DNA of 64,000 nt from PVC group bacterium (GCA_024231215.1 JAAEQR010000034.1:12668-76667), one strand, 5' to 3'. Shown: positions 1-9,664, counted from the first letter of the stretch. The notes: generated by a model from the letters alone, not told the origin. Program-made: numbers and translations.

Positions 1-456
1 CGGCACAAGAGCTGCAACAGAATCAACTACTATAATGTCAAAAGCGTTAGACCGGACTAATGTTTCAGTTATTTCTAATGCTTGTTCTCCGTAATCCGGT
101 TGGCTAATGTAAAGGGATTTTACATCTACACCGAGCTTAGAAGAGTGTTCTGTAGAAAGAGCATGTTCAGCATCAATGAAAGCTGCTACTCCCCCGACTT
201 TCTGAGCCTCGGCGATAACGTGCAGGGTAAGGGTAGTCTTTCCGCCCATTTCAGGGCCGTAAATCTCGACAACCCTTCCTCTTGGTAGCCCTCCAATTCC
301 TAAAGCCCCATCTAGCCCTATACTACCAGTGGAAATAGATTCTATTTTCGTGTTTATCGCGTCGTCCCCCAACTTCATTATGGAGCCTTTGCCAAATTGT
401 TTTTCAACCTGGGCAACTGCTTCATCTATTGCTTTCTGTTTTTCTGTGATTGTCAT
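1..456 (-). CDS. recA: RecA recombinase, N-terminal 152 aa (5' partial; gene continues past window start)
   Basis: Reverse-complement translation from ATG at 456..454 reads [32 protein letters not shown]...[33 protein letters not shown]: canonical RecA N-terminus with Walker A GPEMGGKT. Absent from the ORF track because the window edge truncates it. Confidence 0.85.
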   Translation of the reverse strand, partial: MTITEKQKAIDEAVAQVEKQFGKGSIMKLGDDAINTKIESISTGSIGLDGALGIGGLPRGRVVEIYGPEMGGKTTLTLHVIAEAQKVGGVAAFIDAEHALSTEHSSKLGVDVKSLYISQPDYGEQALEITETLVRSNAFDIIVVDSVAALVP

Positions 457-686
457 TAATATTTGCTCCCGCTTTTTAGTTCACCTCGCAACAAAAGAGC
501 AAGTTTATCGGGGAAGATAATCCATGTTCCCCGCTCAACTCTCTGTATGCCAATCTTATATTTCCTAGCCCACGCAATTAGCGTAGGCCGGGAAACTCCT
601 GCTTCTCTCATTGCCTCTGTAACAGAAATAGCGTCTTCTGTTTCAAAGGCAGCTTCTTCCAACTGAATTCTTGAATTACCCCTCAT
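456..686 (-). CDS. small helix-turn-helix DNA-binding protein (MerR/excisionase-like)
   Basis: Internal Met start of track ORF 456..869 ([46 protein letters not shown]...); HTH-like segment; its TAA stop overlaps the recA ATG (TAATG coupling). Confidence 0.4.
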   Translation of the reverse strand: MRGNSRIQLEEAAFETEDAISVTEAMREAGVSRPTLIAWARKYKIGIQRVERGTWIIFPDKLALLLRGELKSGSKY

Positions 687-1770
687 CTTTCTTATCCAAT
701 TTGTCAAATTCGTCAGCACACTTTTGCCAGATTGCATCATCACAATTACGGCATTCTGATTTGTTGCCATTATCTCTTCCGTAATCATGACCATATGGAC
801 AAGGATTATCTTCAGTGGGGCGAACCCTCGCTCTTTCTCTGCGAGTCCTTCTCTCGGAATCTGCATCATTCACTTCTACAACCTCGGCAGTCGAACCAGC
901 AACCGCGCCACGGTTTTGAAACGGGCTGGCGCCAACAGGTGCGTCTTTCGGCTCAGTGTCCACTGGTTTCTCCTCTTCTTCAACCTCTTGTGTTCCATAA
1001 TAAAGATTGCGAACCTCTTCATAAGTAGGAACAATAAGAAGTTCATCAAGGCTGTAAGTATGATCAAGAACATCTTCCTTGTAAGGTTCTCTGTCGAGAA
1101 AGTCTACCCTTTCATATTTGAAAAATTTACCAAACTGGTTATTAACCTGGATGGTTCTCATCTCAACTGTCTTGCCAATTTCCCGATCATAAAATATTAA
1201 AACCCCGTCACCTTTCTTAGACGAACCAGCTTCTTTGATTAGAGTGTTCTCGAAAAGGAAATAAGACTCTTCAAAAAGTTGAACCTTAGCTTCCGACTCG
1301 GGAGCATCCAGATTTATGATGTTGTAATAGCACCGATGTTTCGCCTGATGTTTCTTAATCATTTCCTTGTCTGCATCAGGGTCTTTCTCTAATTCATTTA
1401 ATTCTTCACAGATTGGGCATTTTCCTTTATTACCGCCGAAGGTCTTATCCAGACACAGAACTCTTTCTTCACTCGGGCCAACATTTTTGTGTACCCATAT
1501 ATCCAGGATATAATCTTCTTTCCCTGCCGGGACTTGCTGAGGATGATTCTTCGTTTTAACCCTGTACGGCAGAATATCTATTCTGTTGTAAACAGGATCA
1601 CTTGGTCTTTCACCAACTTCGGGTTTATAAAACAGATCTTTTCTATAACCGCCGATCAAATCCAGATCTAAAATCTGCCTTTTTCCGGAAAATCCATCCC
1701 CGGTAGCCTTTTTGTAATTATTCAGTAATCTTTCTTGTGCTTCTTTTACTCGTTCTTCTTTTGTACTCAT
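676..1770 (-). CDS. gp32-like zinc-binding ssDNA-binding protein (putative)
   Basis: 364-aa ORF; H-x12-C-x11-C-x2-C (HKNVGPSEERVLCLDKTFGGNKGKCPIC) matches the T4 gp32 His/Cys3 zinc-site spacing; acidic C-terminal tail (EEVEEEEKPVDTEPKD) as in SSBs; operon with recA. Confidence 0.45.
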   Translation of the reverse strand: MSTKEERVKEAQERLLNNYKKATGDGFSGKRQILDLDLIGGYRKDLFYKPEVGERPSDPVYNRIDILPYRVKTKNHPQQVPAGKEDYILDIWVHKNVGPSEERVLCLDKTFGGNKGKCPICEELNELEKDPDADKEMIKKHQAKHRCYYNIINLDAPESEAKVQLFEESYFLFENTLIKEAGSSKKGDGVLIFYDREIGKTVEMRTIQVNNQFGKFFKYERVDFLDREPYKEDVLDHTYSLDELLIVPTYEEVRNLYYGTQEVEEEEKPVDTEPKDAPVGASPFQNRGAVAGSTAEVVEVNDADSERRTRRERARVRPTEDNPCPYGHDYGRDNGNKSECRNCDDAIWQKCADEFDKLDKKDEG

Positions 1771-1940
1771 TTTTAAATCTCCTTTTTTAAAGTTTTAATT
1801 AGTTTTTCATAATTGATAATAAGCTCATTTAAGTTTGCAATAAATTTTACAGGAACATAAGAAGGTGCTGATTTGGTTAGATTAAATTTAGCGTCATTGA
1901 TTTTTTGATTAAAATACAATTCAAGTGACATTTAATAAAT

Positions 1941-2411
1941 TTACCTCCTTGCATGATCCAACAATTTTTCTCTTACTATTTCCGCCGATATACCAGACGG
2001 TTCAAATTCTTTTTTTAAATCTCTAGGTGTAGTCGGCCCAGCGAAATAATTGCCGATCCACATTCTTACTTCATTTTCCAGCGCCACTTTTTTATCAGTA
2101 ACAGCATCCAGTCTGCCAGAAATAATATCGTCTTCATACATCGCCTGGCTTAACGCGGAAACTGCCTCTTGATAGCGCGGATCTAATTCAATGCTCATCG
2201 TGATCAATGAATCAGTTACTTTTCCTCCTCTTTCTCTCACCTCCTTGCTTATTTCAGCAGATACTTGTTTGACCTTTTGCTTGAGATCTCTTGCATTCTT
2301 TTTTGTCTCCGCAGAAAGTTCCCCGTACTTTAGTCTCAACCGGGGTTGTCTTAACCATTCGACATCTAATGCCTCAGATTCAATGTCAAAATCTTTCCTG
2401 ATCTCGCTCAT
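1941..2411 (-). CDS. hypothetical protein
   Basis: 156-aa ORF in the same orientation as neighbours; no recognisable motif. Confidence 0.45.
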   Translation of the reverse strand: MSEIRKDFDIESEALDVEWLRQPRLRLKYGELSAETKKNARDLKQKVKQVSAEISKEVRERGGKVTDSLITMSIELDPRYQEAVSALSQAMYEDDIISGRLDAVTDKKVALENEVRMWIGNYFAGPTTPRDLKKEFEPSGISAEIVREKLLDHARR

Positions 2412-2434
2412 AATTTTTCTCCCTTTTTATTTAT

Positions 2435-2935
2435 TTAATTTTTAATTTCAATAGAAGCAATTGTGTCATGTATTGCTCCCCCATGGGAAAATAAACCTAT
2501 TTTATAAACTTGGAATCCTCTTCCTTTTCCCATTACATTACTATGATATCCAAAAGTTATTATTCTGCCGTTCTTTTTTAAAATTCTCGGAACCTCATCT
2601 TTCAATCTTTTAAATGGGCTGGCCTTATTTCCTTTATAAAATTCCATGCTTTTTCTATACGAATAAGGTGGGTCAAGAAGAATAGTATCAAAAATTTTTC
2701 CTTTCCATTTCATAACAAGTTGTAATGCGTCTTCATGGAAATCGGCAAGAGCATCTTCATCTATATCATTTCGCACTTCATCAATATCAAGTTTTGTATA
2801 TCCAGAAAATAAATTCAGAGTCAATCCGACACATTCATTTTCAACCCATTTTCGTATAGGTCTTACTTTGAATGTATATTTATTCAAGGGACATTTTATG
2901 TAATCAAATTTTATTCTCTTTTCCACTTTACTCAA
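2435..2935 (-). CDS. DNA methyltransferase, amino-MTase type (N6-adenine/N4-cytosine; DPPY motif IV)
   Basis: 166 aa; LNLFSGYT (motif I-like) followed by DPPY; small phage-type MTase without an obvious TRD. Confidence 0.6.
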   Translation of the reverse strand: MSKVEKRIKFDYIKCPLNKYTFKVRPIRKWVENECVGLTLNLFSGYTKLDIDEVRNDIDEDALADFHEDALQLVMKWKGKIFDTILLDPPYSYRKSMEFYKGNKASPFKRLKDEVPRILKKNGRIITFGYHSNVMGKGRGFQVYKIGLFSHGGAIHDTIASIEIKN

Positions 2936-5900
2936 ACCTCTTTATGAAGTCACAGAAGTTCTTGATACCATCCCGAAACATTTCCTTGTTCTCAGGATTG
3001 TATATTGTTGAAGCAGGATGAATAACCCAACTGATAAAGCAACCATACTTTTCATTCCATTCCAACTCACCGCTCTTATTCATTATACCGCTTTCTTCAT
3101 CTGTAAAAAACTTAATTGAAGTGTTCCCACAAGCCAGAGCAACAAACGGTTCAATTCTTTCAAACTCATCGTCCAGCCACATAGAACATTTTTCTATATG
3201 CTTTTTTGTCGGGGTCTTTATTGTCCTTCCGGGATAGCATTTACAGACATTTGTTACATGGAAATCTCTTCGGGTAAAAGAATTATCTTCTACCTGTTCC
3301 CATAATTTCTTACCGGAATCTCCCACAAAACCTACGCCTGTACGGTCTTCATCCGCTCCAGGTGCTTCACCTATAATCATAATGTTCCGGGTAGAACGGC
3401 TCGGGAGGACAGGGAGAGTACATTCTCCTTCCAGTTGACACTCTTTGCATTCCAGTAATTCCGTGTTTTTGTACCTTGCCCTTTTTACAGGTTTCAACTT
3501 TAATCCTTCAAGTCTGCCCCTCAGTAAATCTTCTGCGAACCACATCCGGTGGCAGACAATGTTACCGCTTTTCTGAGGCATGTTTATTTTAATAAGAACA
3601 TATGAATCTTCTGAATGTTCTATCTCTTCTATATTCTCATTGTAATACGTTTTATCAAAAGAAAACTGGAGATCCCCTGTTTCATCTCTGAATAATACGC
3701 TTACACTGGCTTTTTTCCCGCTACTCCCTTTAAATGTACTAAGCTTTAATTCTTCTATTTTTCCGAAATAATACCTCATATTAGAGTCAATGTCGTATAC
3801 TTTTATGTCTTTTGCTTTTTCTATCTTTATTCCGGAACCATTTAAAAAATTGATAAATTTCTTATACTGATACAAACTATCCCGTACAAAAGAGAGTCCT
3901 GTGTACTCAGATAATCTATCGGCTTCTTCGTCGGTAATAGCCACATTATCATACGCATTTATAATGTCAAGTATATTAAGGAACCTTTTTGTCACTGGTT
4001 CTTTCTCTTCTGAACCCTCATAAAACCCCTTGGCTTCAAGCTTTTTAAAGCTTTTTGCGGTCTTTTCGCCAACACCTTTGATCTCTATAAACGGGGCATA
4101 AAGGATGTTATCTTTTATACTCCACAAGAACGGATCGCTTATCCCGACCTTCGGAAACCGCACATCTATCCCTAAACGGAAAGCTTCCTGAACGAATTCT
4201 GTCTTCTTCGCGTCTTTCTCTGTCCCGGACGCGCCGTATGTGAGAAGGGCGCATATAAACTCCGTGGGATAATTTTGTTTCAGATATTGATCCCAATACG
4301 TCAGCATTGTGTAAACAACTGAATGACTTTTATTAAACGAATACTTTCCATATTCTACAATATTATTCCAGAGGCCATAAGCCTGTTCGTCTGTCAAAGT
4401 TTTCTTCTCTACACACCCTTCCACGAATTGTTCCTCATATTTCCTGAGAGCATCTTTGCCTTTGCTCTTGGCAATATCTTTTCTTATCTTGTCACAAACA
4501 CCCCACTTTAATCCCGCGAGAAGGTTCGCAACCATCATAATCTGTTCTTGGTAAATAAGGAGACCGTAAGTGTCTTTCGTTATCTCGTCGTAAATATGGT
4601 GGAGCCCCGGAGTCTCTTCTAACCCTTTTTTTCTTTTTATATATAAATCGCTGATGCCACTGTTAAGCGGCCCTGGCCTGTAAAGAGCGGTGATGTCAAC
4701 TAAAGTGTTAAAGTTATCGACGCCAACCTGTTTACAATATTTTCGTAACCCCCGAGACCCCACTTGAAAACAGCCTACATTGTTCCCTTTACTGAACTCA
4801 CTGAAACACTTCTCATCATCCAAAGGGATTTCCTTAAAGTTTAAATCTACTCCACGGTTTTCTTTTATGAGCCTCTTAGTTTCCTCTAACACCGATAGCA
4901 TTGACAACCCGAGTACATCCAGCTTAATCAACCCAACATGTTCGATGTCGTCTTTGTCCCAATTTATTACCGGGTTCTTATCTTTATCAACAGTGAAAGC
5001 ACACCTCGTCCCTCCACGAAGGTCTTCATCTGAAATAACCAGGGCTGCTGCATGCACCCCTTTATTCCGGATAGTGCTTTCCATTTCAGCAGATATTTTT
5101 GCCACTTTAGGATATTTCCTGGCGAACCACTTTCCATCTTCAAACATTTCAAATGCTTCTTTGATTGTCTCTCCATAACCTTCATCGCCTTTCAGCCTTG
5201 ATATTATAGCTGAACACCCTCTATCCACATCAACGTAAGGCACATCAAACACTCTGGAGACATCTCTTAAAGCCTGTTTGCCTCCCATAACAGAAGTAGT
5301 GCTTACACTGTTTACATTCCACTCCCCATACAACTCTCCCAGATGATCTCGTATAAGGTGCCGTTTAACATCCGGAAAATCAATATCTATGTCAGGCAGA
5401 GAAATTCTGTCTGGATTTATAAATCTGGAAAACAACAGGTTATACTTTATAGGATCTACACCAGTAATGCCTATCAGATAACAAACAAGAGAGCCAGCAC
5501 TGGAACCCCTTCCCGGGGAAATAAATATATCATTCTTCTTACACCATTCTATAAGTTCCCATACAATCAAAAAATAACGGACAAAATCCTGTCTCACTAT
5601 TAGATTGATTTCCTCTTCAAGCCTTTCCTGATATGCGTCTTCTCCTTTCTTCCCTATCCTGTGCATTCCGCTTTCGCATAAATTTTTTAAGAAAAAGATT
5701 TCGTCTTCCCACGCTAAACTCTCAGGCAAAGGAAGATGAATCTTTTTCTCAGGTATTTTTGTGAACCCACTACACTTCTCCGCCACTTCCATCGTGTTTA
5801 TCAAAGCCCTTCGGCATTCTCTTGAAGAGAGAGCGCCCTGAGCCTCAAAACTTTCAATCATTTCTTCTCTGGTTTTCAAAAAATAACTTCCAGAATCTTT

Positions 5901-6602
5901 AAACTTCCACCTTTTCGGGTCTTTCCATTTCTTCTTAATCTGTACCGCGAGTAAAACTTCATGGTTCAGCACATCTTCACTATTAACAAAATGAGAATCG
6001 TTTGTCGCTATTAACGGCAAACTATACTTTTCTGAATACATTTGACATAATACATTAACATCTTTCTGCTCCTGAAAATTATGAGGCATGATTTCCAGGT
6101 AGAGATCTTCCGTGCTTTGGTCTATTAACCTTTTCAAAAAGTTTTCTCCCCATGGGAAAGAAAGGAAAGACGCGGAACAGGCAGTAGATATGATCAACCC
6201 TTCCCGGTTCTCCGCGAGAAGTTCTGGAGATATTCTCGGTCGGTAATAGAACCCTTCTATGTTTGACAGGGTAATAAGCTTAAGGAGATTGTTCCAGCCG
6301 ACCTCGTTCTTGGCAAACAAGGAAACATGAGCCCGTTTCTCTCCTTTTTCATGGAGAATAATATCTGGAACTATATATAACTCCGCACCGAAGATCGGTA
6401 TAATATTATTCTTTTCACATTCTTTTTGGAACTTAATCGCTCCATCCACGTTGCCATGGTCTGTCATTGCAAGATGGGTAAACCTCGCCCTCCTTGCCAC
6501 TGAAGCATATTTTTTATGAGAGCCAAACCCGTCTAAATACGAGTATTGTGAATGGCAATGTAGGTGACAAAAGTTTTGATCCATTTTAATATCCCAAAGC
6601 AC
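2928..6602 (-). CDS. dnaE: DNA polymerase III alpha subunit (DnaE-type, PHP domain) with C-terminal family-4 uracil-DNA glycosylase domain
   Basis: N-terminal PHP motif HLHCHSQYSYLDGFG...MTDHGNVDG; long polymerase core; C-terminal ~200 aa carry UDG family-4 motifs GEAPGADEDRTGVGFVGDSGKKL and HPAS plus four Cys. Likely true start is the second Met (MDQNF, ~6584). Confidence 0.85.
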   Translation of the reverse strand: MLWDIKMDQNFCHLHCHSQYSYLDGFGSHKKYASVARRARFTHLAMTDHGNVDGAIKFQKECEKNNIIPIFGAELYIVPDIILHEKGEKRAHVSLFAKNEVGWNNLLKLITLSNIEGFYYRPRISPELLAENREGLIISTACSASFLSFPWGENFLKRLIDQSTEDLYLEIMPHNFQEQKDVNVLCQMYSEKYSLPLIATNDSHFVNSEDVLNHEVLLAVQIKKKWKDPKRWKFKDSGSYFLKTREEMIESFEAQGALSSRECRRALINTMEVAEKCSGFTKIPEKKIHLPLPESLAWEDEIFFLKNLCESGMHRIGKKGEDAYQERLEEEINLIVRQDFVRYFLIVWELIEWCKKNDIFISPGRGSSAGSLVCYLIGITGVDPIKYNLLFSRFINPDRISLPDIDIDFPDVKRHLIRDHLGELYGEWNVNSVSTTSVMGGKQALRDVSRVFDVPYVDVDRGCSAIISRLKGDEGYGETIKEAFEMFEDGKWFARKYPKVAKISAEMESTIRNKGVHAAALVISDEDLRGGTRCAFTVDKDKNPVINWDKDDIEHVGLIKLDVLGLSMLSVLEETKRLIKENRGVDLNFKEIPLDDEKCFSEFSKGNNVGCFQVGSRGLRKYCKQVGVDNFNTLVDITALYRPGPLNSGISDLYIKRKKGLEETPGLHHIYDEITKDTYGLLIYQEQIMMVANLLAGLKWGVCDKIRKDIAKSKGKDALRKYEEQFVEGCVEKKTLTDEQAYGLWNNIVEYGKYSFNKSHSVVYTMLTYWDQYLKQNYPTEFICALLTYGASGTEKDAKKTEFVQEAFRLGIDVRFPKVGISDPFLWSIKDNILYAPFIEIKGVGEKTAKSFKKLEAKGFYEGSEEKEPVTKRFLNILDIINAYDNVAITDEEADRLSEYTGLSFVRDSLYQYKKFINFLNGSGIKIEKAKDIKVYDIDSNMRYYFGKIEELKLSTFKGSSGKKASVSVLFRDETGDLQFSFDKTYYNENIEEIEHSEDSYVLIKINMPQKSGNIVCHRMWFAEDLLRGRLEGLKLKPVKRARYKNTELLECKECQLEGECTLPVLPSRSTRNIMIIGEAPGADEDRTGVGFVGDSGKKLWEQVEDNSFTRRDFHVTNVCKCYPGRTIKTPTKKHIEKCSMWLDDEFERIEPFVALACGNTSIKFFTDEESGIMNKSGELEWNEKYGCFISWVIHPASTIYNPENKEMFRDGIKNFCDFIKRFE

Positions 6603-6746
6603 TCATAATATTCAACAGCACGATCAGGCCTAACAGGTAATAAAACACCTTTATCCACTGGAGAGAGAAAAAATACCAACTACATCTAATACATAAATAA
6701 ACAACAAAAAGCCAAAAAATAGTTTCCATTTTTCCCTCTCAACTTT

Positions 6747-7040
6747 TTAAAGTTCTGCTTTTATATTAATTGCTTTAAAAACTTTTATTAGTTCTGTCTG
6801 CAATTTTTTACTTATCATCATATCCAACTCTTCGCTGTCTAAATATAAGTCTAACCCATCCGTCCACTCTTTGAGAAACTCTCCTATTTTTACCCCGATG
6901 TGTTTCTTTATATTTAATTCCCTTATGGCAGATTTAAACTGCGCTACGATTGCCTTTTCCAACTCTTTTTCAAGTTCCGGGTGCTTATCAATAATAAAAC
7001 TAATTTTGGTTCTCAATAAATCTTCAACTATATTTTCCAT
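6747..7040 (-). CDS. hypothetical protein
   Basis: Track ORF 6747..7115; internal Met (MENIVEDLL) has a strong AAGGAG SD and avoids overlap with the upstream gene. Confidence 0.4.
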   Translation of the reverse strand: MENIVEDLLRTKISFIIDKHPELEKELEKAIVAQFKSAIRELNIKKHIGVKIGEFLKEWTDGLDLYLDSEELDMMISKKLQTELIKVFKAINIKAEL

Positions 7041-7050
7041 TTTTTTCTCC

Positions 7051-7260
7051 TTATTCTTTGCAGTACGGACAACAGGCTCGTATTCCCTCACCTTCCATAA
7101 AAAACTTAGAATCAAATGTCCAGCCCTGACTTTCTAAAAACTCCATCGCCTCTGTCGCGGTTTCTTCTGATTCTAAACTGACGATCACTTCACCGTAACA
7201 GCCTTCTTTATCCCTTTGTTCGTCACAATTAACTATTACTATTCTCTGTAGTTCTATCAT
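7051..7260 (-). CDS. hypothetical small protein (C-terminal CCPYC)
   Basis: 69-aa ORF, co-oriented, Cys pair at C-terminus. Confidence 0.35.
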   Translation of the reverse strand: MIELQRIVIVNCDEQRDKEGCYGEVIVSLESEETATEAMEFLESQGWTFDSKFFMEGEGIRACCPYCKE

Positions 7261-7269
7261 AGAGCCACC

Positions 7270-7680
7270 TCATCCGTAAATTGTCGCACATATCCTGCAA
7301 GGATGATGTTCGCTTACCTTATCATATATTTTCTTTATATGATCTAAATCCTCAGACATCAAACTCCCTACTTCCCAGCCTCCTTTCTCTTCATCATCAT
7401 AATCTTCATCGAAATAAGCGAGAAAGTATTTTTTAGGATCAACGCTTTTCTTTCTTTTGCCTTTCATGGGAATCTCTTTTATTCCGGATAGAATGGCTTG
7501 ATTTATTTTCTCTTCAAATTTCAGCAACTTAGAGTGCCACCCGTAAACATTGAGCCACTTAGAAAGCAGTTCCCAAACAAGGATATAACAATCTTTACAC
7601 AGGAAAATTTTTTCATCCTGGAACGGGGTCTCTAATTCGTATTCTATTTTCCTTCTTTTACATCTACTACATTTTTCCAT
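7270..7680 (-). CDS. zinc-ribbon protein
   Basis: CSRCKRRK...CKDCY and HPCRICATIYG Cys motifs; start moved to MEKCSRC, which has a GAGGGGGA SD. Confidence 0.45.
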   Translation of the reverse strand: MEKCSRCKRRKIEYELETPFQDEKIFLCKDCYILVWELLSKWLNVYGWHSKLLKFEEKINQAILSGIKEIPMKGKRKKSVDPKKYFLAYFDEDYDDEEKGGWEVGSLMSEDLDHIKKIYDKVSEHHPCRICATIYG

Positions 7681-7696
7681 TTTTCCCCCTCTCTTT

Positions 7697-7726
7697 ATAT
7701 ATATCACGGAATTAATTTTGCTGTAC
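7697..7726 (-). promoter_or_regulatory. promoter of the cgTGaTATATA family (minus strand)
   Basis: Minus-strand reads AAAAAACGTACAGCaaaattaattccgTGaTATATATAAAGAG, ~20 nt before the start of 7270..7680; same element as at 20194, 29194, 29708 and 32178. Confidence 0.4.
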
Positions 7727-7779
7727 GTTTTTTAATAAAAACTTTGTACAAATTAAAGCATGGTTCGGATATACCCCAA

Positions 7780-8097
7780 TTAAATGCCATTGGCTATCAA
7801 ATCATCTAAAATTTTGCTGGCATTATAATATTGTTCATGTGCATTTTCATTGTCACTTCCGGTATGCAAATAAAATTGTTGTAGAACATACAAAACATTT
7901 TTCAATTTTTTCTGCATTTCTGCTATTTTATCTTCGCCAACAGCACTTAATTCATGCTTATGCAAAATGCTGGCTTCCTTTTTAAAGTTTGCCCCACACG
8001 AATTACATTCCCATCTTTCGTTATAAGTCCCATTACTACTAATTGTTGGCTTATATTTTACTATCGAACAAGCACATCCACAATTTTGTTCTTCCAT
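7780..8097 (-). CDS. Cys-rich zinc-finger protein
   Basis: CGCAC...C-x2-C pairs (CNSCGANF); AAGGAG SD. Confidence 0.45.
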   Translation of the reverse strand: MEEQNCGCACSIVKYKPTISSNGTYNERWECNSCGANFKKEASILHKHELSAVGEDKIAEMQKKLKNVLYVLQQFYLHTGSDNENAHEQYYNASKILDDLIANGI

Positions 8098-8139
8098 TTT
8101 TTATCTCCTTTTCTTCGCACTTCGCATACGCCTTAGCCA

Positions 8140-8388
8140 TTAAATGAAATACTTGCTAAGCACTTCTTGCAATCGTTCTTTATCTAATTCCACAGTATAA
8201 CGTTCTTCGATCAAATTTATAGATTCTATCTCCGCAAGTACATCATCTAATTTGGCATATGTGGAAATTGCTCTTTTGTATTTTACATCTGTTTCCTCAA
8301 TTTTGTCCTCACACCACGTATGGTATCTGTCACCCTCGCCGTCGTCATCATACTGTATGTATATTTCGTCTAATAACATTTTGCTCAT
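8140..8388 (-). CDS. small acidic protein, paralog family member 1
   Basis: 82 aa; C-terminus ...LQEVLSKYFI shared with 9407..9664; similar to 8436..8687. Confidence 0.5.
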   Translation of the reverse strand: MSKMLLDEIYIQYDDDGEGDRYHTWCEDKIEETDVKYKRAISTYAKLDDVLAEIESINLIEERYTVELDKERLQEVLSKYFI

Positions 8389-8435
8389 CGCCTATCTCCT
8401 TTCGTTTATTCGCAACATCGCATATGCCTTAGCCA

Positions 8436-8687
8436 TTAGGGTAAATATTTGCTTTTAATTATCTCAAATTGTTGTCTGCTTATACGCATCATATCGTTAT
8501 CACGATGAGAATAATATTCCTCAAGCTCCGCAAAAACTTCCCCTAATTCGGTATATGATGAAATTGCTTGTGCTTTTTCTTTAGCATAATCTTTATATTT
8601 TATCCAAGAACCATCAGCATCTTCTTCAACATCTAATCTATGCCTATCCCAATCAAAACAATCTATACCTATCTCATACCTTTTCAT
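8436..8687 (-). CDS. small acidic protein, paralog family member 2
   Basis: 83 aa; SSYTELGEVFAELEE...KSKYLP parallels the other two paralogs. Confidence 0.5.
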   Translation of the reverse strand: MKRYEIGIDCFDWDRHRLDVEEDADGSWIKYKDYAKEKAQAISSYTELGEVFAELEEYYSHRDNDMMRISRQQFEIIKSKYLP

Positions 8688-8729
8688 TGCCTATCTCCTT
8701 TCCCCGCAACTTCACATATACCTGTACCA

Positions 8730-9377
8730 TTAAATGCCATTGTTGGCCTCGTCAAATAGGCACGGATGCCGAGCCTCGGTTTCACTGTGAACATCAAACG
8801 CACAATTATAAATATGTAGCCCTAAATCTGGATTAACTAAATTTCTAATAATTTGATCCTTCCTGTGCTTAATTTTGTACCCTGAAATATCAAAACCGAA
8901 TCCTTTACTGCCCTTTTTCCGTATATCAAATTTTTCACTTTTTTGAAATGAATTTGAAATTGAATAATTTGACCAAAAACAATGTCTGTCAATTATCTCT
9001 GAGGGTTCAACAAACGGCTTATAATATGGCTTTACATTTTCAACAACATATTTCCCTTTATAGAAATGCTTTAAAAAAACAATTTCTCCCCATAAATTCA
9101 TATCTGGAAAAACTGCATCATACATTTCAGCAATAGCACCCATCCTTCTTATGTCAGAATGGCTTTGACATGGTGGACTTGACCATATGAAATCGTAATC
9201 CTTGTAATTCTTTAATAAAAAATCATGTGCATCATCAACAACAACTGTATCATCAGGAAACAAATCTTTATATATTTCTGCTATCTCTGGATTTAGTTCA
9301 ACTGCTGTAACTTCTACACCCTCCCATAGTTTTCTATTACCGCCAATCCCAGCGTACAAGTTTAAAACTTTCTTCAT
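8730..9377 (-). CDS. compact DNA (cytosine-5)-methyltransferase-like protein
   Basis: 215 aa; motif I LYAGIGG, motif IV SSPPCQSHS (PCQ), motif VI VVENV; much shorter than typical Dcm-type enzymes. Confidence 0.6.
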   Translation of the reverse strand: MKKVLNLYAGIGGNRKLWEGVEVTAVELNPEIAEIYKDLFPDDTVVVDDAHDFLLKNYKDYDFIWSSPPCQSHSDIRRMGAIAEMYDAVFPDMNLWGEIVFLKHFYKGKYVVENVKPYYKPFVEPSEIIDRHCFWSNYSISNSFQKSEKFDIRKKGSKGFGFDISGYKIKHRKDQIIRNLVNPDLGLHIYNCAFDVHSETEARHPCLFDEANNGI

Positions 9378-9406
9378 AATATATTCTCCCTATTACTGTT
9401 CATCAA

Positions 9407-9664
9407 TTAGATGAAATACTTGCTCAATACTTCTTTCAATCTTTTTTGATAGAAAGTATCTCCATCCTCATCTAAACGTAAATCTATTTTCCGAATCTCC
9501 GCAAGTACATCCTCTAATTCAGGCTTATTCGAAATGCTGGCTTTAAATTGCTCAATTTTGTCAATCGCCTCTTCAATTAAATCTCGCTGTACTGTTATCT
9601 GTTTTTCATCGTTTTTACACAACGCAACTTTTAACATTTTTTCAACACTCATTATTCCCTCCAA
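9407..9664 (-). CDS. small acidic protein, paralog family member 3
   Basis: 85 aa; ELEDVLAEIRKIDL...KEVLSKYFI matches 8140..8388. Confidence 0.5.
   Translation of the reverse strand: MEGIMSVEKMLKVALCKNDEKQITVQRDLIEEAIDKIEQFKASISNKPELEDVLAEIRKIDLRLDEDGDTFYQKRLKEVLSKYFI

Noticed and set aside
4108-5185. Several 60-130-aa ORFs on both strands inside the dnaE coding region (4108..4296, 4323..4511, 4780..5178, 4967..5185)
   Set aside because: They lie fully within a long, motif-supported CDS and lack an SD. They are typical antisense or alternate-frame noise.
6651-6659. DnaA-box-like TTATCCACT upstream of dnaE
   Set aside because: It is a single 8/9 match with no clustering. That is expected by chance in 64 kb.
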